From: Gemmatimonadota bacterium
GTDB taxonomy: Bacteria > Gemmatimonadota > Gemmatimonadetes > Gemmatimonadales > GWC2-71-9
Direction of reading: 5' to 3'
DNA: 64,000 nt
NCBI GenBank assembly: GCA_036679645.1
Contig: JAZDCY010000015.1
Coordinates: 32,001-96,000 of the forward strand
This document shows, piece after piece, positions 9,772 to 20,495 of this stretch; position 1 is the first letter of the stretch, and every line of letters begins with the position of its first letter. The translations under genes and the position numbers were made by a program. The notes below the pieces were generated by a model. The model did no database searches and had not been told where the DNA came from. It was given only the letters and a program-made list of their open reading frames with translations.

Positions 9772-10898
9772 TCGTATCCGTTCCGAAGGAGACCGCTGCG
9801 GGAGAGACGCGGGTCGCGCTGACACCGGACGCGGCGAAGAAGCTCGCCGCGCAAGAAGGCGTCACGGTACGCCTGGAGACCGGTGCCGGTGTGGCCGCGA
9901 GCTTTCCCGATGACGCATATCGCGAGGCGGGGTGTGAAGTGACAGACCGGTCGCAGGTCCTGGCCGGCGACATCATTCTCAGTATCGATCCTCCCGTTGG
10001 CGACGAGTTGAGGGCTGGCGCCGTCACGATCGGGCTGTTCTATCCGCTCTCCAACCACGATGTCGTGCGCTCTCTTGCCGCGCGAAAGGTGACGAGCTTC
10101 AGCCTCGACCTAATGCCGCGTATCACGCGCGCCCAATCGATGGATGTGCTCTCGTCGATGAGTACGGTGTCTGGATACAAGGCCGTCCTGCTCGCAGCCA
10201 CATCACTCGGGAAGTTCTTTCCCATGCTGATTACGGCCGCGGGGACGATCGCGCCGGCGCGTGCGCTGATTCTGGGTGCTGGTGTAGCGGGTCTCCAGGC
10301 CATCGCGACGGCACGGCGGTTGGGTGCCGTCGTCGAGGCGTTCGACGTGCGGCCGGCGGCGAAGGAGCAGGTCGAGTCGCTCGGCGCGAGGTTCCTCGCC
10401 GTCGACGCCGGTGATCTCACCGCCGAGGGTGAAGGGGGATACGCCAAAGAGATGTCCGAGGAACAGCACAAACGGGAGTTGAAGCTGCTCCACGAACACA
10501 TCGTCGATGCTGACATCGTCGTAACTACTGCGCTCATTCCCGGAAGGCCCGCGCCGCTGCTCATTACCGAGGAGATGGTGAAGGACATGAAACCCGGGTC
10601 CGTGATCGTCGATCTGGCGGCGGAGATGGGCGGTAACTGCGCGTGCACCGAGAAAGGGCAGGATGTCGTGAAGCACGACGTGATGATTATCGGCCAGACC
10701 AACATCCCGGCGTCGATGCCGGTGCATGCGAGTCAGATGTACGCGCGGAACCTCACGACGTTCCTGGCGCTCATGAATGACAACGGTGCCGTGAAGTTGG
10801 ATTTCGACGACGAGATCATCAGCGGCACGTGCGTGACGCGCGACGGAGAAATCGTTCATGACCGCGTGAAGCAGGCGGTCGGGGGAGGGGCGGCATGA
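9768..10898 (+). CDS. pntAa: NAD(P) transhydrogenase subunit alpha, part 1
   Basis: VPKETAAGETRVALTP, RITRAQSMDVLSS, ILGAGVAGLQAIATA, TALIPGRPAP, DLAAEMGGNC. Confidence 0.95.
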   Translation: MIVSVPKETAAGETRVALTPDAAKKLAAQEGVTVRLETGAGVAASFPDDAYREAGCEVTDRSQVLAGDIILSIDPPVGDELRAGAVTIGLFYPLSNHDVVRSLAARKVTSFSLDLMPRITRAQSMDVLSSMSTVSGYKAVLLAATSLGKFFPMLITAAGTIAPARALILGAGVAGLQAIATARRLGAVVEAFDVRPAAKEQVESLGARFLAVDAGDLTAEGEGGYAKEMSEEQHKRELKLLHEHIVDADIVVTTALIPGRPAPLLITEEMVKDMKPGSVIVDLAAEMGGNCACTEKGQDVVKHDVMIIGQTNIPASMPVHASQMYARNLTTFLALMNDNGAVKLDFDDEIISGTCVTRDGEIVHDRVKQAVGGGAA

Positions 10899-11188
10899 TC
10901 GAGACGTTGGTTACGCTCATCGTCATCTTCGTACTGGCGATGTTCGTGGGCTTCGAGGTGATCACCAAGGTCCCGCCCACGCTGCATACGCCGCTCATGT
11001 CCGGATCGAACGCCATTTCGGGAATATCCATCATCGGGGCGATCATTGTCGCGGGGCGCGGCGACACGACGGTTGGGTCCGTTCTCGGCCTGGTGGCCGT
11101 GATCTTCGCGATGATCAACGTCGTTGGCGGATTCATGGTGACGGATCGGATGCTGCGCATGTTCCGCAAGCGTCCGGAGGAGAAATAG
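10895..11188 (+). CDS. pntAb: NAD(P) transhydrogenase subunit alpha, part 2
   Basis: KVPPTLHTPLMSGSNAISG, INVVGGFMVTDRMLRMF. Confidence 0.95.
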   Translation: MIETLVTLIVIFVLAMFVGFEVITKVPPTLHTPLMSGSNAISGISIIGAIIVAGRGDTTVGSVLGLVAVIFAMINVVGGFMVTDRMLRMFRKRPEEK

Positions 11189-12577
11189 ATGGCCGCGCTC
11201 GTCAAGCTGCTCTATCTGCTCGCGGCCGTCTTCTTCATTCTTGGCCTCAAGCGCCTCAGCTCGCCGGCCACGGCGCGCACCGGCAACTGGATCGCGTCCG
11301 TCGGCATGTTGCTTGCGATCGTCGCGACCCTTGCGTTCCAACACGTCCTGAGCTGGCAGATGATCATCATCGGGATGATCGTGGGGTCGTTGATTGGGGG
11401 TGTGTTCGCGCGCACCGTCAGTATGACCGCCATGCCCGAGATGGTCGCGTTGCTGAACGGTTTTGGCGGCGGCGCGTCGGCGGTCGTGGCCAGCGCGGAG
11501 TATGCGCAGTACATGTCCACAGGGGCGGGCATCCCAGTCAACGTTGGGATTGCCATTCAGCTCAGCGTACTGATCGGTGCAGTCACCTTCTCCGGAAGCC
11601 TCATCGCGCTTGGGAAGCTGCGCGAATGGGTAACCGGCCGGGCCGTGACGTATCCGCTCCAGAAGACGCTGAACGGCCTGCTGCTCATCGGCATGGTGAG
11701 CCTGTTGGTCTGGCTCGTGGTGCAACCTGAGCACGCGACCTGGTTCTACGTCATGGTTGGTGCGTCGTTGATGCTGGGCGTTCTGTCGGTCGTGCCGATC
11801 GGCGGCGCTGATATGCCGGTCGTGATCTCATTGCTCAACGCCTACTCGGGCATCGCTGCGGCGATGACCGGGTTCGTGATCAACAATGAAGGGCTGATCA
11901 TCTCGGGAGCGCTGGTTGGAGCTTCCGGCCTCATCCTCTCCAACATCATGTGTAAGGGGATGAACCGCTCGCTCGCGAACGTGCTGTTCGGCGCGTTCGG
12001 GTCGGTCGTGCAGGAGGTGGCGCTGCCGGGTGCCACGGGCGACAGGACCGTGCGGCAGGCCACGCACGAGGACGTCGCCACCATGCTGGCGTACGCACAG
12101 CGCGTCGTGATCGCACCCGGGTACGGGCTCGCGGTCGCCCAGGCACAGCACGAGGTCCGGGAGTTGGCCGAGTTGCTCGAGAAACGCGGCGTGAGCGTGA
12201 AGTATGCGATCCATCCGGTCGCGGGACGCATGCCGGGGCACATGAACGTGCTGCTGGCGGAGGCGAACGTTCCGTACGATCAGCTGTTGGACATGGACCA
12301 GATCAATCCGGAGTTCGACCGGACCGACGTAGTGCTCGTCATCGGGGCGAACGACGTGGTGAACCCGGCGGCGCGGAACGATGCGTCGAGCCCCATCTAC
12401 GGGATGCCCATTCTCGACGTCGATCACGCGCAGATCGCGATCGTGATGAAGCGCTCGATGCGACCCGGTTTCGCCGGCATCGACAACGAGCTGTTTTACG
12501 CGGAGAAGACGCGGATGCTGTTTGGGGATGCGAAGGATTCGGTGAAGAAGCTCGTGACCGAAGTGAAAGCAGCGTAA
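11189..12577 (+). CDS. pntB: NAD(P) transhydrogenase subunit beta
   Basis: MTAMPEMVALLNGFGGGAS, IGGADMPVVISLLN, PGYGLAVAQAQH, IHPVAGRMPGHMNVLLAEA, MLFGDAK. Confidence 0.97.
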   Translation: MAALVKLLYLLAAVFFILGLKRLSSPATARTGNWIASVGMLLAIVATLAFQHVLSWQMIIIGMIVGSLIGGVFARTVSMTAMPEMVALLNGFGGGASAVVASAEYAQYMSTGAGIPVNVGIAIQLSVLIGAVTFSGSLIALGKLREWVTGRAVTYPLQKTLNGLLLIGMVSLLVWLVVQPEHATWFYVMVGASLMLGVLSVVPIGGADMPVVISLLNAYSGIAAAMTGFVINNEGLIISGALVGASGLILSNIMCKGMNRSLANVLFGAFGSVVQEVALPGATGDRTVRQATHEDVATMLAYAQRVVIAPGYGLAVAQAQHEVRELAELLEKRGVSVKYAIHPVAGRMPGHMNVLLAEANVPYDQLLDMDQINPEFDRTDVVLVIGANDVVNPAARNDASSPIYGMPILDVDHAQIAIVMKRSMRPGFAGIDNELFYAEKTRMLFGDAKDSVKKLVTEVKAA

Positions 12578-12595
12578 GAGATAGACGCTCAGATG

Positions 12596-13796
12596 CTAGT
12601 CTTCTCGTATCGACACCACCAACCTATACTCCCCCGACGCCCCTCCACCCAACCCCGACGCGATCACGTGGTACGTTCCCGCCTCGCGCAGTGTGGTTTC
12701 GATCTCCGAATCGAGATCACCGGCGCTATCGTCGTCGCGCATCGGGGACGACAATGAGGTAAAGGTAGGAATCGAAGTCGTCTGACTCGAGCGTGATCCG
12801 CACGCGCATGCCCGTGTCGCCTTCAAGCGCCCAAGCCTGCACGGGCCGGTCGTCGTACGTCCAGTCGGTCGCCGACAGGAATCCGCCGGCCATTTCTCCC
12901 ACCATGAGCTGGCGTCCGTCCGTCTCGAGGTCCCAGAGATCCTCGACCTCGTGACTCTCTGCCACGATGATCTCGAACGAGCCCGTGCCACCACGTGACA
13001 ACGCACTGGCCACGAGTGTGTACATCGCCGTCTCTGGAAAGATGAAGTCGATCTTCGAGTCGAGGTCGCCGGCACCGTCGTCGTTCGAGAGAGGCTCACC
13101 TAGACCGGGGCCCAGAATATAGAGGTACGGGTCGAACGCGTCGGACTTCAGCAGCACCGTAACGGACTGACCCTCGACTCCCTCCAGGGCCCATGCCTGA
13201 ATGGGTCGGCCCTCCATGCGTTCGTCCGCGCTGGACAGACGGCCCGACGCCGTATCGCCGAGCGCGACGGAGCGCTCATCGGTTGGCAGGCCCATCAGCC
13301 TTTCGGGGTTGATGCCGCCGCAGGGGTAGGACATGCCTTCGCCCTCTCCCTCCGTTGCGCGGATGGTGTAGATGCCCGTATTCCTGCCGGTGGACGACGC
13401 GATGATGCGGAACACCCCGTCCTCGAGTAGCGTGACGGTAATGCGCGCATTGCACCCGCCGCCGCCATCGTCGTCGGAGATCGTCTCGGCAAAGCCCGGA
13501 CCCACGAGGTAGAGGTAGCCGTCGAACTCGTCGGAGATCAGGTCGAACGTGACGCGTGTGCGTCCTTGTCCCTCGAACGCCCATGCGTCGACGTAGCTGT
13601 CACTGATCGATATGTAGTCGAAGCTGGACAGCGCGCCCTGCATCTCCTCTCCCAACAGCAACCGGCCTTCCGGCTCCAGCAGGTAGAGGATCGAGCCGCC
13701 TCGGTCGGGGGACTGTGCCGCGAGGAGGGGGGGGAGCGTGGCAACGAGGGCACTGGCTACGGCGAGCGTCGAAACGGCTAGACGGGCGGCACGCAC
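12596..13796 (-). pseudogene. Secreted protein with three PPC (pre-peptidase C-terminal)-like repeats, frameshifted near 12755
   Basis: Signal peptide; repeats FDxYLYLxGPG...DDDGGG / NDDGAGDLDSKI. The third repeat switches frame between YLYLI and LSSPMRDDDSAGDLDSEI. Confidence 0.75.
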
Positions 13797-13889
13797 GGAG
13801 ACACCTCAGGAAAACGATTGGGAGATGTGGCTAAGGTAGTGCGCCGCGGCTGTTCGGCAAAGGGGGATCACCAGTTATACTGCGCCCCT

Positions 13890-14600
13890 GTGACTCTTCT
13901 CCAGTTTCTCCTTGCCACCGGGGTCGTCACGCTCGGCGCCACGCTGCAGGGCTCGATCGGCTACGGTCTCGGCATCTTCTCCGTGCCGTTCCTGCTGCTC
14001 ATCGAGCCCGAGCTGATCCCCGGGCCACTGCTGTCGTCCTCGTTTGTGCTCACCCTTCTCGTGGCCCGGCGCCATTGGGAGGCCGTGCGGCTCGGAGACC
14101 TCAAGTGGGCGGTGGTCGGGCGGTTCGTTGGGGTGGGTCTGGCGCTGCTGGTTCTCCTCACCGCCCCGCCCGATTGGCTCGCCCCCGGATTCGGGGTCGT
14201 CATCCTGCTAGGCGTCGTGCTCTCGGCGTCCGGGATGCACGTGAATCCTGCCCCCACGTCTCTCTCCGTGGCGGGGCTGATCTCGGGTTTCATGGCCACG
14301 TTGGTCTCGGTTGGCGGCCCGCCCATGGCGCTGCTCTACCAGCGCGAGTCGGGGCCCCGCATGCGGGGCACGCTCTCCGCGTATTTCCTCGTGGGCGTTG
14401 TGATATCCATCGCCGGCCTGGTGCTGATCGGCAGGTATGGGCTGCGCGAACTGTCTCTCGCAGCGGCGCTGGTGCCCGGGTTGCTGATCGGCTTCACGAT
14501 CTCACGGACCACGTCGCGTCTGCTCGACCGAGGCTATACGCGTGTTGGCGTAATGGTGATCTCGGCGATCGCGGCGGTGATGGTGATCGCCAGAGGCTAG
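13890..14600 (+). CDS. Sulfite exporter TauE/SafE family membrane protein
   Basis: GATLQGSIGYGLG, AGLISGFMATLVSVGGPP, RGTLSAYF; multiple TM helices. Confidence 0.85.
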   Translation: MTLLQFLLATGVVTLGATLQGSIGYGLGIFSVPFLLLIEPELIPGPLLSSSFVLTLLVARRHWEAVRLGDLKWAVVGRFVGVGLALLVLLTAPPDWLAPGFGVVILLGVVLSASGMHVNPAPTSLSVAGLISGFMATLVSVGGPPMALLYQRESGPRMRGTLSAYFLVGVVISIAGLVLIGRYGLRELSLAAALVPGLLIGFTISRTTSRLLDRGYTRVGVMVISAIAAVMVIARG

Positions 14601-14668
14601 GTGCTCAGGTGCTCAGGTGCTCAGTGATTTTGACTGCGCACCCCTGAGCGTCTGAGCAACTGAGCGTC
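14600..14668. repeat. Octamer repeat palindrome (GGTGCTCA x3 ... CTGAGC x3), possible hairpin/terminator
   Basis: ggtgctcaggtgctcaggtgctcag ... cctgagcgtctgagcaactgagcgtc immediately after the tauE stop. Confidence 0.65.
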
Positions 14669-14774
14669 TTGCGCAAAGGGACTCGCGCAACTGCTGCGGT
14701 GGCTGCATCTTAGAAGGTCGATACCCGACTGAGACGCTCTGCTTTCACGATTCCATAAGGTATGGTACGAATGC

Positions 14775-14880
14775 GATTTGCGATGGACAATTGGCGATCG
14801 GCGATCTGCGATTTGCGTCAATTGCCGTTCGCCAATCGTAAATCGGCAATCGCCGATCGTTCTTGCAGGGGGGAGCTTGC
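14775..14880 (+). repeat. Kinase leader class B (heptamer palindrome + atcgttcttgca)
   Basis: Homologous to 20389-20495, 44843-44920 and 51190-51288, each ending at a kinase ATG. Confidence 0.8.
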
Positions 14881-17529
14881 ATGAGCGAAATCACCGAGCG
14901 TCTTTCCTCAGCGATAGCTGACCGCTACAAGATCGAACGCCACCTCGGCCAGGGTGGCATGGCGACCGTCTATCTCGCACACGACGTAAAGCACGACCGC
15001 AAGGTCGCGCTCAAGGTGCTTCGCCCCGAACTCGCGGCCGTCATCGGTGCCGAGCGGTTCCTGCAAGAGATCAAGGTCACCGCGAACCTGCAGCACCCGA
15101 ACATCCTCGCGCTCTACGACTCCGGCGAAGCAGACACCTTCCTCTATTACGTGATGCCCTTCGTGGAAGGCGACACGCTGCGCGACAAGCTGGATCGAGA
15201 GAAACAACTCGGTATCGAAGACGCGATCGAGATTGCCCGGAGCGTAGCGGCCGCGCTCGACTACGCGCATCGCCACGAGGTCATTCACCGCGACATCAAG
15301 CCCGAGAACGTCTTGCTGCACGATGGGCAGGCCCTAGTAGCCGATTTCGGGATTGCACTCGCGGTGAGCCAGGCAGGCGGCAGCCGGTTGACCGAGACCG
15401 GTCTCTCACTCGGCACGCCGCACTACATGAGCCCAGAACAGGCAATGGGCGATCGCGAGATCGACGCGCGCAGCGACGTCTACTCGTTGGGCGCCATGCT
15501 GTACGAGATGCTCGCCGGTGAGCCGCCGTACACGGGCACGACGGCGCAGGCGATCGTGGCGCGGGTGATCACGGAAGACCCGCGTCCGGTCACGCTGCAA
15601 CGGCGGACGGTGCCGTCGCATGTGGCGGCGGCGGTGCACAAGGCACTCAACAAGCTGCCGGCCGACCGCTTCGCGACCGCGGCACAGTTCGCTGACGCGT
15701 TGACCAACCCGGCGTTCACGGTACCGACAACGACCGCGATGGCGGCAGGCACGGCTTCACGACCCTCGCTGGGTCGGTTTGCATGGCCCGCCGTCGCTGT
15801 GGTGGCGGTGGCCGTGGCGCTGTTCGGCTGGCTCCGCCCAATGCCCACTACCGAGCGCCTGCCTACCAGATTCGCGCTGGACCTGTCGGAGCAGGCGATG
15901 ATCGGGGCCTATGGCCTCATGTCGTCGGTCGCCATTGCCCCGGACGGTCGCACGGTGGTCTACGTGGGCCGCGGCGATCCGGAAACGCGACTGTATCGGC
16001 GGCGGTTGGATCGGTTGGACTGGGAGCCGATCGCGGGGACGGACAACGGCGACAGTCCGTTCTTCTCGCCGGATGGCCGGTGGGTCGGTTTTCGTCAGGG
16101 GAACCGTCTGCGAAAAGTGGATCTCCGCACCGGGTCGACCGTCACGCTCGCGACCCTGGACCGCTCGGCACTTATCACCGGCGCCGGGTGGAGTCCATCG
16201 GACACGATCTATCTGGCGCTCGAAGCCATTGGCGGATTGTTCAAGGTCCCGGCGGAGGGCGGGACGCTCGAGCGCGTCGCCATGGAGGACACTGTCAGCC
16301 TCCTCTATGGGCCCTCCCTGTTACCCGGCGGCGAATGGGTCCTCGGCTCGGTCTTGCCGCCCGATCGAGGCAGCTTGTTCATTCTGTCAGCGATATCGCT
16401 GCGCACCGGTGAAGTCCGACACCTCGTGGAGGGTCCGGGTTACGCGTATTACCTCGGCAACGGACGCCTGTTCTTCCTGCTCCAGGACGGCACGGCCGTG
16501 ACCGCGCCGCTGGATCCGCGCGACCCGCAGCCCACTACGGAGCGGGTTCCGACCGGCGAGACGATTGCGCGGAATCCCGGCGGCACCGCCAATCTCGCGG
16601 TGGCGCAGAATGGGACCGCCGTGTTCCTCGCCGGGGGCTCCGCAGAGAACACGGTCGTGTTCGTGGACCGGAGCGGACGCGAAACGCCCGTCCTCACAGC
16701 ACCGCGCGATTACAAGGATCCCCGCTTTTCGCCAGATGGGCGGCGCCTGGCGTATGAACTTCGCGACGGCGACGAAGGGGACATCTGGGTCTACGAGTTC
16801 GACCGGGCTACGGCCACGCGTCTCACGTTTGAGAGTGAGAACCTCTATCCGGTCTGGTCGCCCGATGGGTCGCGCCTGGCGTTTACGTCGCGACGCACCG
16901 GCATTGCGGGCTTGTGGTGGAGGGCGGCCGACGGCAGCGGCGCAGTGGAAGAGCTGCTCGCGGGCACGGAGTTGCGGTTCCCAGGCGCCATTACGCCGGA
17001 CGGAGAGACGTTGCTGTACCGGGAGACGGCGGCCGCTACGGGCCACGACATCTACTCTCTAGCGCTCGCGGGAGATCGCACACCTCGGCCCGTCATCGTT
17101 ACGCCCTTCGACGAGATTTCGCCCACGTTGTCGCCCAACGGGCGATGGATGGCGTACGTGTCGGACCGCTCGGGCCGCAACGAGGTCTACGCCCGAGCTT
17201 TCCCTGACGGAACCACCGACTACCAGATCTCCGCCGGGGGCGGAGCCGAACCCGTCTGGGACAACGACGGTGCGCGCCTCTATTATCGCCGCGGCCCCAC
17301 GCTGACGCAGGCAACGCTCCAGGTGACCGACGCCGTCCGTGTGCTCGAGCGGGACTCGCTGTTCTCCGGTGACTACCTGGAGAACGTGCGATGGCCGGAG
17401 TACGATATCCATCCCGACGGGAGCGGGTTCGTGTTCATCCGGCTGGGCGACGCCGGACTGCGGCCCGTCATCGTGCTCAACTGGCTCGAGGAACTCGAGC
17501 GGCGTGCCGAGGGGTGGGAGGGGAGTTGA
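14881..17529 (+). CDS. K1: Ser/Thr kinase - TM - TolB/PD40 beta-propeller receptor
   Basis: LGQGGMATVY, VALK, HRDIKPEN, DFG, GTPHYMSPE; TM FAWPAVAVVAVAVALFGWL; many SPDG repeats. Confidence 0.93.
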   Translation: MSEITERLSSAIADRYKIERHLGQGGMATVYLAHDVKHDRKVALKVLRPELAAVIGAERFLQEIKVTANLQHPNILALYDSGEADTFLYYVMPFVEGDTLRDKLDREKQLGIEDAIEIARSVAAALDYAHRHEVIHRDIKPENVLLHDGQALVADFGIALAVSQAGGSRLTETGLSLGTPHYMSPEQAMGDREIDARSDVYSLGAMLYEMLAGEPPYTGTTAQAIVARVITEDPRPVTLQRRTVPSHVAAAVHKALNKLPADRFATAAQFADALTNPAFTVPTTTAMAAGTASRPSLGRFAWPAVAVVAVAVALFGWLRPMPTTERLPTRFALDLSEQAMIGAYGLMSSVAIAPDGRTVVYVGRGDPETRLYRRRLDRLDWEPIAGTDNGDSPFFSPDGRWVGFRQGNRLRKVDLRTGSTVTLATLDRSALITGAGWSPSDTIYLALEAIGGLFKVPAEGGTLERVAMEDTVSLLYGPSLLPGGEWVLGSVLPPDRGSLFILSAISLRTGEVRHLVEGPGYAYYLGNGRLFFLLQDGTAVTAPLDPRDPQPTTERVPTGETIARNPGGTANLAVAQNGTAVFLAGGSAENTVVFVDRSGRETPVLTAPRDYKDPRFSPDGRRLAYELRDGDEGDIWVYEFDRATATRLTFESENLYPVWSPDGSRLAFTSRRTGIAGLWWRAADGSGAVEELLAGTELRFPGAITPDGETLLYRETAAATGHDIYSLALAGDRTPRPVIVTPFDEISPTLSPNGRWMAYVSDRSGRNEVYARAFPDGTTDYQISAGGGAEPVWDNDGARLYYRRGPTLTQATLQVTDAVRVLERDSLFSGDYLENVRWPEYDIHPDGSGFVFIRLGDAGLRPVIVLNWLEELERRAEGWEGS

Positions 17530-17599
17530 AGGTGACTGACGTGAAACGCGCAACGTTCAGGGTACGAACCTCGGCGTGCAGCGTTACTGATTGCAGCCG

Positions 17600-17746
17600 G
17601 GTTCCCGCGCTGAAGCGCGGGCTCGGCGCTGCGCGGACCGTCCTGAAGGACGGTCGAGGTGCACGCCCTTCAGGGCGTGTCGCGGCCCTGTGGGCCGCGC
17701 CGAGCCGGGGCTTCAGCCCCGGAACACCGGGTACGGACGGAAGCTC
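17600..17746 (+). repeat. Multi-hairpin (TGAA/TTCA-loop) REP-like element, kinase leader class A, copy 1
   Basis: CCCGCGC-TGAA-GCGCGGG, GACCGTCC-TGAA-GGACGGTC, CACGCCC-TTCA-GGGCGTG, CCGGGGC-TTCA-GCCCCGG; near-identical to 23215-23361. Confidence 0.85.
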
Positions 17747-20386
17747 ATGAACGAGATAACGCAGCGCCTTACGACGGCGATCGCCGATCGCTACAAGATC
17801 GAATCCCACCTCGGCCAGGGCGGGATGGCGACCGTCTATCTCGCCGAGGACATCCGGCACAAGCGGAAGGTCGCGCTCAAGGTCCTGCGGCCCGAGCTGG
17901 CCGCGGTGATCGGCGCCGAGCGCTTCCTTCAGGAGATCACCGTCACTGCCAACCTGCAGCATCCCAACATCCTCGCGCTCTACGACTCCGGTGAGGCCGA
18001 TTCGTTCCTTTACTATGTGATGCCGTTCGTCGAAGGCGACACGCTGCGCGACAAGCTGGATCGGGAGAAACAACTCGGTATCGAAGAAGCGATCGAGATC
18101 GCCAGAAGCGTAGCCGCCGCGCTCGATTACGCACATCGCCACGAGGTTATTCATCGCGACATCAAGCCCGAGAACGTGTTGCTGCACGATGGGCAGGCAC
18201 TAGTAGCCGATTTTGGGATTGCGCTCGCGGTGAGCCAGGCAGGCGGCAGCCGGTTGACCGAGACCGGTCTCTCACTCGGCACGCCGCACTACATGAGCCC
18301 CGAACAGGCAATGGGCGATCGCGAGATCGACGCGCGCAGCGATGTCTATTCGCTCGGTGCGATGCTGTACGAGATGCTCGCCGGTGAGCCGCCGTACACG
18401 GGCACGACGGCGCAGGCGATCGTGGCGCGCGTGATCACGGAAGACCCGCGTCCGGTCACGCTGCAACGCCGGACGGTGCCGTCGCATGTTGCGGCGACGG
18501 TACACAAGGCACTCAATAAACTGCCGGCCGACCGGTTCCCTAGTGCGGCGAGCTTCGCCGAAGCGCTGGTGCGGCCGGGCATGGTGGATACGACCGAGTA
18601 CCAGGCGGCCGGCAAGACGCCCGCGGCTGCAGCTCGTCCGGTGCCGGGTGGCGTCGTGCGCCGCGGCGCGATGCCCGTCGCCCTGCTCGTGCTCGCCGGT
18701 CTCGCGGCGTGGGGCTGGTTCCGCGGTACGCCGCCGCCGGCCGTCGCGCGGTTCGACATCGGCGTGGCCGGCAGCCCCGGTCCAGCCACCGTCAGCAATG
18801 GGGCATCGCTGGCGATCGCCCCGGACGGCTCGCACTTCGTGTACGCCGCGAGCGACGGTGGACTGTATGTCCGGGACCTCGATCAGCTCCAGAGCCGCGC
18901 GCTGTCCGCGAATGGGTTCGCGCCGTTCTTCTCGCCGGACGGTGAATGGGTGGGGTATGCGGATGGGAACTCGCTCAAGAAAGTCGCGCCGGCCGGTGGG
19001 CCGCCGTTGGCGATCGCCTCCGTGAGCGGCGACCTGTTCCGCGGGGGGTCGTGGGGCGAGGACGGCACCATTGTCTTCGCGCCCGATGTCGGCTCCCCGC
19101 TCCTGCTGGTCCCCGATGGCGGCGGCCCGACAGACACGTTGACGCACCTGGACGTTGCGCACGGGGTGACCAGCCACCGCTGGCCGGCGTGGCTGCCGGG
19201 GCAGGATGGCCTCCTGTTTCAGGCCTGTCGTGGCTCGGCAGACGTCTGTGAGATCGCCGTGCTCGACCTGCGAACGGACAGCGTCCGCTACCTGGTGCCG
19301 GGGACGAGCCCCCACTACATCTCCACCGGCCATCTCCTGTACACGGCGCCGAGCGGTGCGCTGCTCGCGGCGCCATTCGACTTGGATCGCATGGAGTTGA
19401 CGGGCAATCCGGTCTCCCTGATGGAAGGAATCCTCATACGCGCGTCGTGGAACGGCGAGTTCGCCATCGCCCGCAACGGCACGCTGCTGTACGTGGGCGG
19501 TCAGACTGCCGGTGGAGACCTGACCCTCGTGGACAGTGCGGGGAGTGGGCGAGTGGTGCTCCCGGATCTGGCCGAGGGATCCGCCCCGCGGTTTTCACCC
19601 GACGGAGGTCGCATTGCGTTTACGGCGTCCCCGGAAGGCGCCAACGAAGTCTGGATCTTCGACCGGACGTTGGCGACCATGTCCCGACTCACGTTCGAAG
19701 GGAGCGCCTTGTATCCGACGTGGTCGGCGCAGGGCGACACCGTGTACTACTCAACCGATGCGGAGTCGCCGGACCGGGACATCTGGCGACGAGCCGCCGA
19801 CGGGAGTGGGGCGCCGGAGCGTGTGCTGGAGCGGCCAGGGCAGCAGTTCGAAATCGCGGTCCCTGCCACGGGTGGGGTTGCGCTGGTTCGCGAAATCGCG
19901 TCCACCGGGCCGGCCCTGTACGCCCTGCCATTGGCCCCGGCGGGTGAGCTCCGTCCCTGGGTCGTGAGCAGTTTCTCAGAACGCTCGGCGTCACTCTCGC
20001 CGGACGCGCGATGGGCGGCCTACACCTCCAACGAGTCGGGTCAGGACGAGATCTACGTGCGGGCCTTCCCCGAGGCGGAGGGGCGCTGGCAGGTGTCTTC
20101 CGGTGGCGGCACCGAACCCCTGTGGTCGAGTGACGGTCGGACGATCTACTACCGGCGGGCCGACACGCTGTTCGCGACCGCGGTGCAGACCCGACCCACT
20201 TTTACCGTGGGTCCGCGCCGCACGGTGTTCACCACCAGCTTCCAGCAGAATTCGTCTCACACCAACTACGATCGGGATCGCCGCACCGGCGAATTCGTGG
20301 TGATTGCGCAGACCGAGGGAAACGCCACTGCGCTCGTGGTGGTGCTCAACTGGTTCGAGGAGCTACGGGAACGGATGGGGCAATGA
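17747..20386 (+). CDS. K2: Ser/Thr kinase - TM - TolB/PD40 beta-propeller receptor
   Basis: MNEITQRL start; intact kinase motifs; TM PVALLVLAGLAAWGWF; SPDG repeats; VVVLNWFEEL end. Confidence 0.93.
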   Translation: MNEITQRLTTAIADRYKIESHLGQGGMATVYLAEDIRHKRKVALKVLRPELAAVIGAERFLQEITVTANLQHPNILALYDSGEADSFLYYVMPFVEGDTLRDKLDREKQLGIEEAIEIARSVAAALDYAHRHEVIHRDIKPENVLLHDGQALVADFGIALAVSQAGGSRLTETGLSLGTPHYMSPEQAMGDREIDARSDVYSLGAMLYEMLAGEPPYTGTTAQAIVARVITEDPRPVTLQRRTVPSHVAATVHKALNKLPADRFPSAASFAEALVRPGMVDTTEYQAAGKTPAAAARPVPGGVVRRGAMPVALLVLAGLAAWGWFRGTPPPAVARFDIGVAGSPGPATVSNGASLAIAPDGSHFVYAASDGGLYVRDLDQLQSRALSANGFAPFFSPDGEWVGYADGNSLKKVAPAGGPPLAIASVSGDLFRGGSWGEDGTIVFAPDVGSPLLLVPDGGGPTDTLTHLDVAHGVTSHRWPAWLPGQDGLLFQACRGSADVCEIAVLDLRTDSVRYLVPGTSPHYISTGHLLYTAPSGALLAAPFDLDRMELTGNPVSLMEGILIRASWNGEFAIARNGTLLYVGGQTAGGDLTLVDSAGSGRVVLPDLAEGSAPRFSPDGGRIAFTASPEGANEVWIFDRTLATMSRLTFEGSALYPTWSAQGDTVYYSTDAESPDRDIWRRAADGSGAPERVLERPGQQFEIAVPATGGVALVREIASTGPALYALPLAPAGELRPWVVSSFSERSASLSPDARWAAYTSNESGQDEIYVRAFPEAEGRWQVSSGGGTEPLWSSDGRTIYYRRADTLFATAVQTRPTFTVGPRRTVFTTSFQQNSSHTNYDRDRRTGEFVVIAQTEGNATALVVVLNWFEELRERMGQ

Positions 20387-20388
20387 GA

Positions 20389-20495
20389 CGATTTGCGATG
20401 GACGATTGGCGATCTGTGATTTGCGATTGCCGTCAATCGCCAATCGCCGATCGCAAGTTGGCAATCGCCGATCGTTCTTGCAGGCGGGAGCTTGC
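20389..20495 (+). repeat. Kinase leader class B
   Basis: gatttgcgatggacgattggcgatc...ggcaatcgccgatcgttcttgcaggcgggagcttgc, as at 14775. Confidence 0.8.
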